A stretch of DNA of 64,000 bases from an uncultured delta proteobacterium (GTDB taxonomy: Bacteria; Desulfobacterota; Binatia; Binatales; Binataceae): positions 74 through 64,073 of the forward strand of contig CAWCMA010000008.1 of assembly GCA_963796565.1 (NCBI GenBank), given 5' to 3'. The translations under genes and the position numbers were made by a program. Below the pieces are notes generated by a model. The model saw nothing but the letters and a program-made list of their open reading frames with translations, was not told the origin of the DNA and ran no database searches. Positions 30,089 through 38,726 of this stretch are shown one piece after another (position 1 is the stretch's first letter; the number at the start of each line of letters is the position of its first letter).

Positions 30089-30883
30089 TCAGGCGCCGCG
30101 AAAGAGCGGCTTGCGTTTGTCCAGAAAGGCCCGGACGCCCTCGGCGCGGTCGGCTGTGGTTTGTAGCAGGGCGTACAGATCCTCTTCAAGTCTTATACCC
30201 TGATCCAGAGTCAGGTCGCATCCCTTGCGCACGGCCTCTTTGGCCAAGCGCGCGGCGATCGGGCCGCGACTGGTGACCGCGCGCACGACCTCGCCGGCTA
30301 CGCGCTCGAGCGCGGCGCGACCGGGTGCGACGTAGGTCACCAGGCCCAGGCGCATCGCCTCGCCGCCGTCGATCGCAGCGCCGGTCAGCAGCATCCTGAG
30401 CGCCTGGGCCGCACCGATAAGCCGCGGCAGGCGTTGAGTGCCGCCAAAGCGCGGCATCCGTCCGCGCCCGAGCTGACCCATCGTGAAGCGCGCCGCGCGC
30501 GCCGCGACGCGAAGGTCCGTGGCGAGCGCCAGTTCCATTCCTTCGTCGGCGGCGACGCCGCCGATAATCGCTAGCGTCGGCTTCGATAGCACGGCTATCG
30601 ATTCGACGATCATGGGCGCCATGGAAAAGACGTCGTCGTCGAAGCCGGCGCAAAAATTGCCGCCCGCGCCGCGAATCACGAGTATCAGCGCGTCCGCGTC
30701 GTCTTCGACCTCTTCGGCGAGTTCCACCAGCCGACCGGCCATCGCGGCGCTAAGCCGGTTGCGCGCATCCGGCCGCGTAAGCGTCGCAGTGACGCATCCG
30801 CCGGCGCGCGCGACCTCGATCTGCCCGGTCGCGGCGCGTGCCGGGCGCGGGCGCTCAGGGCTGCGGCGTGTCGCCCTTGTCAC
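30089..30883 (-). CDS. Enoyl-CoA hydratase/isomerase (crotonase) family, second catalytic Glu replaced by Gln
   Basis: LTRPDARN, FCAGFD, GMELALATDLR, GGTQRLPRLIG, EGVRAFLDKRKP. Confidence 0.9.
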   Translation of the reverse strand: MTRATRRSPERPRPARAATGQIEVARAGGCVTATLTRPDARNRLSAAMAGRLVELAEEVEDDADALILVIRGAGGNFCAGFDDDVFSMAPMIVESIAVLSKPTLAIIGGVAADEGMELALATDLRVAARAARFTMGQLGRGRMPRFGGTQRLPRLIGAAQALRMLLTGAAIDGGEAMRLGLVTYVAPGRAALERVAGEVVRAVTSRGPIAARLAKEAVRKGCDLTLDQGIRLEEDLYALLQTTADRAEGVRAFLDKRKPLFRGA

Positions 30884-32408
30884 GCAGTTCCTTGCGCAGG
30901 ATTTTGCCGAGCGGATTCTTGGGCAGCGCCTCGATGAACTCGATCGCCTCGGGCCGCTTGAAGCTCGCCAGACGCGTGCGGCAGAACTCCGCGATGTCGT
31001 GCGCGGTGACGTTTTGTCCCGGCCGCACCACTACGAAGGCCTTGACGGTCTGGCCCCATTCGACCGACGGCACGCCGATGACCGCCGCCTCGTCGATCGC
31101 CGGATGGCTCATCAGGACGGTTTCGATCTCGGCGGGTGCGATATTCTCGCCGCCGCGGATGATCATGTCGTCCTTGCGTCCGGCGAAGAACACGTAACCT
31201 TCTTCGTCGACCCATCCGAGGTCGCCGGTCGCGCGCCATCCCTCGGGCAGGCGGGAATCGTCCTCACGCCCGGCGTAGCCCTTCATGATGCGCGGGGTGC
31301 GGATGAGGATTTCGCCGACTTGGCCCGCCGCCATGAGCTTGCCCTCGTCGTCGCGCACTGCGATCTCGACGTCGGGCAGCGGGCGGCCGATCGAGTTGAG
31401 CCGCTTGAGCTTCAGCTCGACGGTCCTGGCATCGCCGTCGATACGATGGTCGTCGGGGCCGAGCACGGTCAGCGAGGAGGTGGTCTCGGTCTGGCCATAC
31501 GCGTTGACGAAGCCAACGGTTTTGGGGAACGCCTCGATCGCGCGGCGAATGGTCTGAATCGGCATCGCCGCACCGCCATAGGCGAGATTGGTGAGATTGG
31601 AGAAATCGGTGTTGGCAAACGACGGCTCGTCGAGCAACTGCTTCATCATGGTCGGTACGACGAAGGCGTGCGTGACCTTTTCGCGCGCGACCAGTTGCAG
31701 CCAGGCCTTGGGATCGAACTGCGGCATCACCACCACCCGTCGCCCGGTCCACAGGTTGGTCATCATCGCGGTGGTACCGGCGATGTGGTAAAACGGCACG
31801 CACACCAGCGCGACCCCGCGCTCGGTGCCGTCGGCCATCTCGACGTTGGCTGTCACGTAGGCAGCGAAATCGCGAAAGCGCAACATCACGCCCTTGGGCA
31901 GCGAGGTCGTGCCGCTGGTGTACATCAGGACCGACACATCCTCGTCCTCGACCTCGACTTCGCCCTCATCGACCTCGGCCGCCTTGATCAGGTCCGCGAG
32001 CCGCGGTAATCCGGCCTTGCCCTCTCCCCAGGCCACTACCTTGGCGGTTTTGAGCTTGGGCGCCACGCGCGTGACGAGGTCGAGGTAACGGTCGCCGGCC
32101 AACAGCACTTTGGCCCCGGCGGTGTTGATCATGTACTCGAGCTCGGCGTCCTTGGCGCGGTAGTTGAGCGGCAGCCAGGTCAGTCCGGCCTTGGCGGCGG
32201 CGTAGTAGCCGGCGATGTAGTTGTCGGAGTTGGTGTCGAGGCCGGCGACTACGTCGCGAGGTTTGAGCCCGAGCGTCTTGAAGGCCGAACTCAGGCGCCC
32301 GACCAATTCGTTGAGCGCTGCGTAAGTGAGTCTGCGATCGCCGAAGACCAGGATTTCCTGCTCTGGGGCAATCGACCCGGGGATGCTGATGAAACTGACG
32401 GTGTTCAC
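30855..32408 (-). CDS. Acyl-CoA synthetase / AMP-binding (ANL) enzyme
   Basis: YTSGTTSLPKG, YGQTE, TGD, GRKDDMIIRGGENI, LPKNPLGK. Confidence 0.95.
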   Translation of the reverse strand: MNTVSFISIPGSIAPEQEILVFGDRRLTYAALNELVGRLSSAFKTLGLKPRDVVAGLDTNSDNYIAGYYAAAKAGLTWLPLNYRAKDAELEYMINTAGAKVLLAGDRYLDLVTRVAPKLKTAKVVAWGEGKAGLPRLADLIKAAEVDEGEVEVEDEDVSVLMYTSGTTSLPKGVMLRFRDFAAYVTANVEMADGTERGVALVCVPFYHIAGTTAMMTNLWTGRRVVVMPQFDPKAWLQLVAREKVTHAFVVPTMMKQLLDEPSFANTDFSNLTNLAYGGAAMPIQTIRRAIEAFPKTVGFVNAYGQTETTSSLTVLGPDDHRIDGDARTVELKLKRLNSIGRPLPDVEIAVRDDEGKLMAAGQVGEILIRTPRIMKGYAGREDDSRLPEGWRATGDLGWVDEEGYVFFAGRKDDMIIRGGENIAPAEIETVLMSHPAIDEAAVIGVPSVEWGQTVKAFVVVRPGQNVTAHDIAEFCRTRLASFKRPEAIEFIEALPKNPLGKILRKELRDKGDTPQP

Positions 32409-33247
32409 GGTACTCCGTTTCCTCCAGGGCGGCGCGCCCTCTTTGGGGCATCTATGGCCGCCGTCGCTCGCTTTTCGAGCTTGAGATTTTCGAGCCTGCG
32501 GGCGAGCCGGCGTTCCATCGCCAGCCCTTCCTCCAGCGGCAAGTCCAGGCCGTCCCAGACCGCCAGCTTCGCCATCGCGACCCGCTCGCGCGGCAAGCGG
32601 CTCAGACCGCGAGCCAACGCCCCAGCCGCACGTGTCAGTGCCGCCCGAGGCACGACTTCGGCGACCAAACCTATTGCTAAAGCCTGCTTTGCGTCAATCC
32701 AACGGCCCGTGATGCAAAGGTCGAGCGCCCGTCCCGGACCCAAGCGCCGCGAGGCCGTTTGCGTACCGGCAACCCCGGGAATCATTCCAAGCCCCGTCTC
32801 GGGCAGGCAAAAGGACGCGTCTTCGGCCGCGATCGCGATATCGCACAACAACACCATTTCGAGGCCGCCGCCGACCGCGTAGCCGTGAACGGCGGCGACC
32901 GTCGGGATCGTCAGCGCGCGCAAGCGGCCCCATACGTCGCGCCGAAAGCGCGCCCATCGCGCGACGGTGGGCGAGGGCGCGGTGCCGAACTCGCTCACGT
33001 CGCCGCCGGTGGAGAACGCGGGACCCGCGCCAGAGAGCACCATCGCGCGCACCTCGGGATCGTCGTGGACGGCACTGAGCGCGCCGAACAGGTCGTCGCG
33101 CATCGCCACGTTGTAGGCGTTGAGTTGGCGCGGCCGGTTTAGCGTTATCCATGCGATCGCTGCGCGCTTTTCGAAACGGATCGCGCTGAAACCCGGCGAC
33201 GGCGGTGACGGGTCGATGCGGTGCGATGCCTGCGCCATGTGAGCCAC
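32405..33247 (-). CDS. Enoyl-CoA hydratase/isomerase (crotonase) family
   Basis: LNRPRQLNA, FSTGGD, GGGLEM...LPE (both Glu present). Confidence 0.92.
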   Translation of the reverse strand: MAHMAQASHRIDPSPPSPGFSAIRFEKRAAIAWITLNRPRQLNAYNVAMRDDLFGALSAVHDDPEVRAMVLSGAGPAFSTGGDVSEFGTAPSPTVARWARFRRDVWGRLRALTIPTVAAVHGYAVGGGLEMVLLCDIAIAAEDASFCLPETGLGMIPGVAGTQTASRRLGPGRALDLCITGRWIDAKQALAIGLVAEVVPRAALTRAAGALARGLSRLPRERVAMAKLAVWDGLDLPLEEGLAMERRLARRLENLKLEKRATAAIDAPKRARRPGGNGVP

Positions 33248-33281
33248 GAGAGGCGGTTGACGGACCGATGGTCCGAGATAT

Positions 33282-34886
33282 TCAGCCGGCGAGGTCGGCG
33301 CCGTGGCTGGCGGCGAACTCAGGCCGCCCGCGCTCGAAGACTACGCGTCCGCCGATGATCGTCAAATCGACCGGCAGATTCATCAGGTCGGCCGGCTTGA
33401 GCGCCATCGGATCGCGCGGCAGCACGATAAGGTCGGCCAGGCGCCCGAGCGCTATCTCGCCCGCCGCCAGACGCGCCAGGCGCGCCGCCTGCGTGGTGAA
33501 AAGCGCGAAGCCCTGTCCGATCGAAATTCGCTCGGCGAGGCCGATTTCATAGCCCTCGAGCGAAAAGCGCATCGCGGCGGCGGCGATCGCAGTCAGCGGC
33601 CGCGCCGGGGTGACCGGCGCGTCGGTGGCGCCGGCGAGCTCGATCCCGGCCTCGAGCAGGCTCCGCGCCCGATACAGATAGGGCAGCAGTCCCGGCTCGG
33701 TGACGTACTTGGCGCCGCGGTAGTAAGAGAAACCCGGATTGGTTACCACCCACACGCCCAGCGCCTTGAGGCGCTCGAGATGCTCGGGCGTAATCACGCC
33801 GCCATGCTCGATACGAAAAACCGGGCCGCCGTCGCGCGCCGGCGGCATCCCGCGCGCGGCGGTCTCGAGCGAGTTGAGCGCGAGTTCGAGGTCTTCGACC
33901 TCGGTGCAATGGAACGCCGAGTCGAGTCCGGCCTGACGCGCGCGCGCGACCCAGCGCGCGATCGGGCGGTAGTCGGTTTGCGGACTCTCGATGAACTTCA
34001 CCGCGACCAGGGTGATTCCGGCCGGCTGGGCGATCCGCGCCGCCTCGTCGACGGCGTTGAAGTAGGGCGCCCCGAGCATCATCGCGATCCGTTGCGTGAC
34101 GGCTCGCCCGCTCAGCAGCCCCGCCATCAGCGCGACTTCCTCGGGCCCGTTGCGGACGGTCGCGTCGGTAAACGCGGTCACCCCGGCAGCGGCCATCTCG
34201 CGGCTGAACAGGCGCGCGCGCGACTCCAATTCGGCCGGAGTCACGAGCGGCAGCCGTCGCGAAAGATAGCTTTCCATCCCCGCCACCAAACCGTTCAGAC
34301 GGCCCGTCGCATCGCGCATCAGGACCGCACCCTCTGGCGCCTTGAACTCGGGTGCCTCGAGACCGAGCGCGGCTATCGCACGCGAGTTGAGCCATGAGGC
34401 ATGGAGCGTCTGATGGCGCAGGCGCAGCGGATTCCTGGGCACCGCGGCGTCGAGTTCCGCCCGCGTGGGCCCGCGCCGCCCGGCCAGCAGCGCCTCATCG
34501 CATCCGAACGCGCGCATCCAGTTGCCCGGCGGCGTCTTGCCGGCGGCCACGCGCAACTGGGCCATCAGGTCGTCGAGCTGGCGGCATCGCCACAGGCTAA
34601 GGCCGCCCGCCGCCGACGCGCCTTCGAGGAAATGGAGATGCGAATCAATTAGCCCCGGCGCAACGACGCGACCGGCCAGCCGGATCAGATGCGTGCGTGG
34701 GCCGACCAGCGGCTTAAAATCGTCAAACAGTCCCAGTGCGAGGATTTTGCCGCCGGCGACCGCGATTGAATCGCTGGCGGGATGGCCCAGGATCACTCCT
34801 TCATGCAAAACCAGGTCAGCCTTATCGAGAGCCATCAGCTTATTGAGCGCCAGAGAACCGAGCGCGAGGGCAGTGCGCCGCGGCAT
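33282..34886 (-). CDS. Amidohydrolase_3 (YtcJ-like) metal-dependent hydrolase
   Basis: PGLIDSHLH, HASWLNS, FHC, RIEH, ATDAP, ADLIVL, TIIGG. Confidence 0.9.
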   Translation of the reverse strand: MPRRTALALGSLALNKLMALDKADLVLHEGVILGHPASDSIAVAGGKILALGLFDDFKPLVGPRTHLIRLAGRVVAPGLIDSHLHFLEGASAAGGLSLWRCRQLDDLMAQLRVAAGKTPPGNWMRAFGCDEALLAGRRGPTRAELDAAVPRNPLRLRHQTLHASWLNSRAIAALGLEAPEFKAPEGAVLMRDATGRLNGLVAGMESYLSRRLPLVTPAELESRARLFSREMAAAGVTAFTDATVRNGPEEVALMAGLLSGRAVTQRIAMMLGAPYFNAVDEAARIAQPAGITLVAVKFIESPQTDYRPIARWVARARQAGLDSAFHCTEVEDLELALNSLETAARGMPPARDGGPVFRIEHGGVITPEHLERLKALGVWVVTNPGFSYYRGAKYVTEPGLLPYLYRARSLLEAGIELAGATDAPVTPARPLTAIAAAAMRFSLEGYEIGLAERISIGQGFALFTTQAARLARLAAGEIALGRLADLIVLPRDPMALKPADLMNLPVDLTIIGGRVVFERGRPEFAASHGADLAG

Positions 34887-34904
34887 ATCCTCGCGCGCAG
34901 CATC

Positions 34905-35048
34905 TTAATCCGAGGAGGGAAGCGCCTTGGCTTCTTTGATTTTCATCTCGACCTCGCAACACTCGATCGCGCCGGTGCCCGGCTTGTTGCAGAGCACCTC
35001 AGTGCCACACTTTTCGCACAGGTAACGCTTGCCCAATTGGTTAGCCAT
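34905..35048 (-). CDS. Desulforedoxin-like miniprotein B (47 aa) with C-terminal ALPSSD tail, below the ORF-track length range
   Basis: Hand translation MANQLGKRYLCEKCGTEVLCNKPGTGAIECCEVEMKIKEAKALPSSD*; GGGAG RBS; CX2CX15CC. Confidence 0.87.
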   Translation of the reverse strand: MANQLGKRYLCEKCGTEVLCNKPGTGAIECCEVEMKIKEAKALPSSD

Positions 35049-35206
35049 CTTTTGATACTCCCGTTATCGTCGCCGGCCGTTTCAGGCCCGGTCGTGAAAT
35101 CTTCGCTTGAGGACCGCAATCGGTGAGATTCCCCGCGTTGTCCCCTGGCACTTTTTTAGAGCATCGCACGCATTTCTTCAATGAGTCATCTTGTCGATTG
35201 TACCCG

Positions 35207-36223
35207 CTATGCGTCGCTCGCAAACGGCAACTCGCTCACCGCCGCCGCTATCTCGCCGTCCGCGTCATCGATCGTGACCGCGGTGCCCGGCGCCCAGGCG
35301 CTGTGATGCAACACGGCGAGGGCGAGCACGCCCAGCCGGGGCGAGCGCAGCGGGCTGCTAAGATGGCCGACGTCCTTGCCCGCGAGCATCACGCGCGCAT
35401 CGGCGGCCGGAACGCGCGCGCCGTCAAGCTTAAGCCCCATCAGCCGCCGCTTCAGCGCGCCGCGCGCGGTCGCTCGCTCGATCGTCTCCTGCCCGATATA
35501 ACATCCCTTGCTGAACGAGATCGCCGGTTCCATCCGCGCCTCCAGCGCGATCGTTTTGTCGTTGGTGTCGACGCCGACCCGCGCCGCGCCGCTCTCCACC
35601 CGCACGATCTCGGCGGCGTCGATACTGACCTCCAAAAGCTCGCGTACGCCCGTGCTCAGCCGTGCGACGATCTCCGGCGCGTCGGCGCGCGCCATGAGAA
35701 TCGTGAAGGCCGGTGCGCCCCATCGCGTAACCTGCGCGACCAGCGCGCCGCCCTCGGCTTCGCCAAAGCGCCATGCGCCAGGCAGCGCCGCCGGCTCGCC
35801 GAAAACCGCCGCGACCGCCGCAGCCGCGTGCGGCCCATCGATTTGGATCACGCTGTCGTATTTGACGGCGTCGCCGCTTTCCTCCAACTCGACATCGTCT
35901 GCGACCAGGAAGCGTTCGAGGTGAGCACGCACGGCCGGCCACAGCGCGCGCTCCATCTCGAGCAGCAGCGCGTCGGCGGTTGCCCACACGGTAGCTTCGG
36001 CAATCAGGTGGGCGCGCTCGGTCAGGAACAGCACCGAGACGAGGCCGCCCGGATTGAGGCCCTTGATATCGTTGCTGCACATCCCGTGCAGGAATGACGC
36101 GCGGTCATCCCCGCTCATCCGGATAACGATGCGCTCGGCGCACAGCCGCACGCCGGCGCCGCTTGTGAGAGCGCGGTAGCCGGCCTCAACGCCGTCGCTG
36201 CCCGAGATGTCGCGGCTCGCCAT
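35207..36223 (-). CDS. ygfZ: Folate-binding YgfZ/GcvT-like Fe-S maturation factor
   Basis: Signature FSKGCYIGQE; G.DRASFLHG. Confidence 0.9.
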   Translation of the reverse strand: MASRDISGSDGVEAGYRALTSGAGVRLCAERIVIRMSGDDRASFLHGMCSNDIKGLNPGGLVSVLFLTERAHLIAEATVWATADALLLEMERALWPAVRAHLERFLVADDVELEESGDAVKYDSVIQIDGPHAAAAVAAVFGEPAALPGAWRFGEAEGGALVAQVTRWGAPAFTILMARADAPEIVARLSTGVRELLEVSIDAAEIVRVESGAARVGVDTNDKTIALEARMEPAISFSKGCYIGQETIERATARGALKRRLMGLKLDGARVPAADARVMLAGKDVGHLSSPLRSPRLGVLALAVLHHSAWAPGTAVTIDDADGEIAAAVSELPFASDA

Positions 36224-36326
36224 GGTCCAATTCTATCATCGCCGGCGATTACATATACTGATCCTGTACCGATTCTGGAGGCCTGAGACGTCGATGTTTC
36301 GGCGGACGAGAGAGCCGGCATCAAGC

Positions 36327-37865
36327 ATGGCGACGTGCTGGCGGCGCGCGCTCGAAGCCGCGCTGCTCGGCGCGCTGTTGTGCGCGAGTATCCCTGCGGC
36401 GCGCGCCGCTGACGACCCCAAGGGCGCCTCTTCCGAGCTAAGCAACCAGGCCTTCACGTTGCTTAATTCTCTGAACGCGCCTGACGCCGACGGTGCCGCG
36501 AACCCGGAAGCCAAGGCGCTGTTGGGACCGGTCGCGAGCTTCGCCGGCGACGCGCAGACGCTCAGCCAGGCGCTCGGCGCGGGCGACGACGCCGGCGCCC
36601 GGCGCGCCGCGGCCTCACTTGATTCCGACTTGGCTGCGATCGACGCCGCACTCAAGCTGCATCGCAGGGCGATTGAGGCGGGCAGATGGGACGCGCTCAA
36701 GCATCAGCTCGCCACGATCGAAAAAAGCTTGCCGCCCGCGCCGCCCGCGCCGCCCGTGCCACCCGCGCCCGCATCCGCCGCGCCGCCTTCGGCTCCGCTA
36801 CCCACTGAAGGAGAACCTGCGCCCGCGAGCGCGCCCGCGTCATCCTCCGCGGATAGCGGTGGCCCCACGCTCAAGATCGAGTCGCGCAGCCTTGAGGGCA
36901 ACGTTGTGCAGCTCAAGGGATACTTCGAAGGCTCGGCGCTACGTTCGGCGGGTATTTATGAGGGCGCGCAGCAGGTCAAGCCGATGAAGGTGGACCACGT
37001 GATCGGGCGCCAGAAGGTGGAATTCCAATTGGCGCTTCACGACGCCGATATCTCGACCAACCTCCGCGTCATCGACCAGGCCGGGCGGATGGCGACCGCC
37101 TCGGTCTTCGCCGACGACTCGACCGCGATGGCGACCACCAGCACGGAATCGGGAGTCGAGGTCGACCGTGGCGCCGGGTCGGCCTCCGGCAGCAACACTG
37201 AGGAGATTCCAAACGCGACCTCGCCGCCGGGGGGTCCGGAGGAACCGGCCGCGCGCGCGGATGAAGGTCTGGGCGGAACCGGTATAGGTGGCGGACTCGT
37301 CGGCGGAGGAATCGGCGCTCCGATGGGCAACATTCAGATCAACATCGAGGCGGTGAACCCGATAAACCCGGTTTCGCACCTCTACCAGGTGGTCGGACAG
37401 ATAATTGGGCATGGCGTGCGCCGGGCGGGGATCTATATCGACGGGCGGCTGGTCAAGCGATTGCCGGTCAGCCGCGGCAACCTCAGCAACTTCGCGACGA
37501 CCTTCAGGCTGAGCGGCGGCACGGCGACGATTCGGGCGTTCAGCGCGGGCAACCAGTATGTCGAGTCGTCGATCGCGATGCCGTCGGCGGGGGTTCCGTC
37601 GATGCCGCCGATGGTGGTCGCACCCTATGGTATGAGCCCATATAGCCCGTTCGGGATGAACCCGTACGCGATGGATCCGTACGGAACTGTCTATGGCGCG
37701 AGCCCCTCCTACGGCTACAACATCAGCCCTTACGGAATCACGCGCTACCCGATTAGCCCCTACGGCGCGAGCCCATACGGCGCGGCTCCGTCCGCGGTCA
37801 ATCCTTACGCGCCGCCGATCAATCCCTATGGCAACGTGCCGCCGATGGGCCCGGCGGGCCGCTAA
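36327..37865 (+). CDS. Secreted hypothetical protein with two similar beta-domains and a PYG-repeat tail
   Basis: Signal peptide ...PAARA; RSAGIYEG / RRAGIYIDG internal repeat; start uncertain. Confidence 0.75.
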   Translation: MATCWRRALEAALLGALLCASIPAARAADDPKGASSELSNQAFTLLNSLNAPDADGAANPEAKALLGPVASFAGDAQTLSQALGAGDDAGARRAAASLDSDLAAIDAALKLHRRAIEAGRWDALKHQLATIEKSLPPAPPAPPVPPAPASAAPPSAPLPTEGEPAPASAPASSSADSGGPTLKIESRSLEGNVVQLKGYFEGSALRSAGIYEGAQQVKPMKVDHVIGRQKVEFQLALHDADISTNLRVIDQAGRMATASVFADDSTAMATTSTESGVEVDRGAGSASGSNTEEIPNATSPPGGPEEPAARADEGLGGTGIGGGLVGGGIGAPMGNIQINIEAVNPINPVSHLYQVVGQIIGHGVRRAGIYIDGRLVKRLPVSRGNLSNFATTFRLSGGTATIRAFSAGNQYVESSIAMPSAGVPSMPPMVVAPYGMSPYSPFGMNPYAMDPYGTVYGASPSYGYNISPYGITRYPISPYGASPYGAAPSAVNPYAPPINPYGNVPPMGPAGR

Positions 37866-38162
37866 CCGCATCGCGCGGGAGTCGGTTGGGAAGCGGCAAA
37901 GCGTCCTTGATCTGACGAGGCAGTTTTACAGCAGCCCTACGATCTTTGGCGGGCCGAGCGCGAACTTGGTGCCGAACTTGAACGAATTCCCGTTCACCGA
38001 ACATCGTCTGCGGCCCCTGAGCGCCGGAGTATCAGCCGAAGTATCGATTGAAGGCGTGACGGTCGATGCGCCCTTACTTGCCGCGCCTGCGCCGATTCCG
38101 TTAAAGTTCAAGGTTCGACCGAGAATTTCCAAGCCAACCGATACTTCGCGAGTGCACCGACG

Positions 38163-38726
38163 ATGCTGATTCAGGCGACGCAACTACGCCCCGGGATGAT
38201 CCTGGAGTACAACAACGGTCTGTGGCGGGTGATGTCGATAAGCCATATCACGCCCGGTAACTGGCGCGGGATGGTCCAGACCAAACTGCGCAACGTCAAA
38301 ACCGGCACCCAGACCGAAAACCGCTTCCGCTCTGAAGATCGCGTCGAACGCATCATCCTGAGCCAGATCGAGATGGAATTTCTCTATCAGGAAGGCGACG
38401 ATTTTCATTTCATGAACACCGAGACCTACGACCAGATCACGATTCCCAAGGAATTGATCGAAGACGTGGTCGGCTTTCTTACACCTAATCTTAAAGTTGA
38501 AGTTGAATTTCACGAGACTACCCCGCTCAACGTCTCGCTGCCCAAGACGGTCAATCTCAAGGTCGCGCAGACGGACCCCGGAATGAGATCTGCCGCGGTA
38601 ACCAACACGCTGAAGCCGGCCACGATGGAAACCGGGTTGGTGGTGCAGGTGCCGCACTTCGTCGTGGAAGGCGAGACCATCACGATCAACACCGAGACGC
38701 GCGAGTACATGGCTCGCGCCAAATAG
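38163..38726 (+). CDS. efp: Elongation factor P (TPGNW loop variant)
   Basis: LRPGM, TKLRN, FLY...FHFMNTETYDQ, KPATMETG...VPHFV. Confidence 0.95.
   Translation: MLIQATQLRPGMILEYNNGLWRVMSISHITPGNWRGMVQTKLRNVKTGTQTENRFRSEDRVERIILSQIEMEFLYQEGDDFHFMNTETYDQITIPKELIEDVVGFLTPNLKVEVEFHETTPLNVSLPKTVNLKVAQTDPGMRSAAVTNTLKPATMETGLVVQVPHFVVEGETITINTETREYMARAK

Noticed and set aside
37926-38183. 85-aa minus-strand ORF upstream of efp
   Set aside because: Overlaps the efp start, no convincing RBS or family motif; left uncalled
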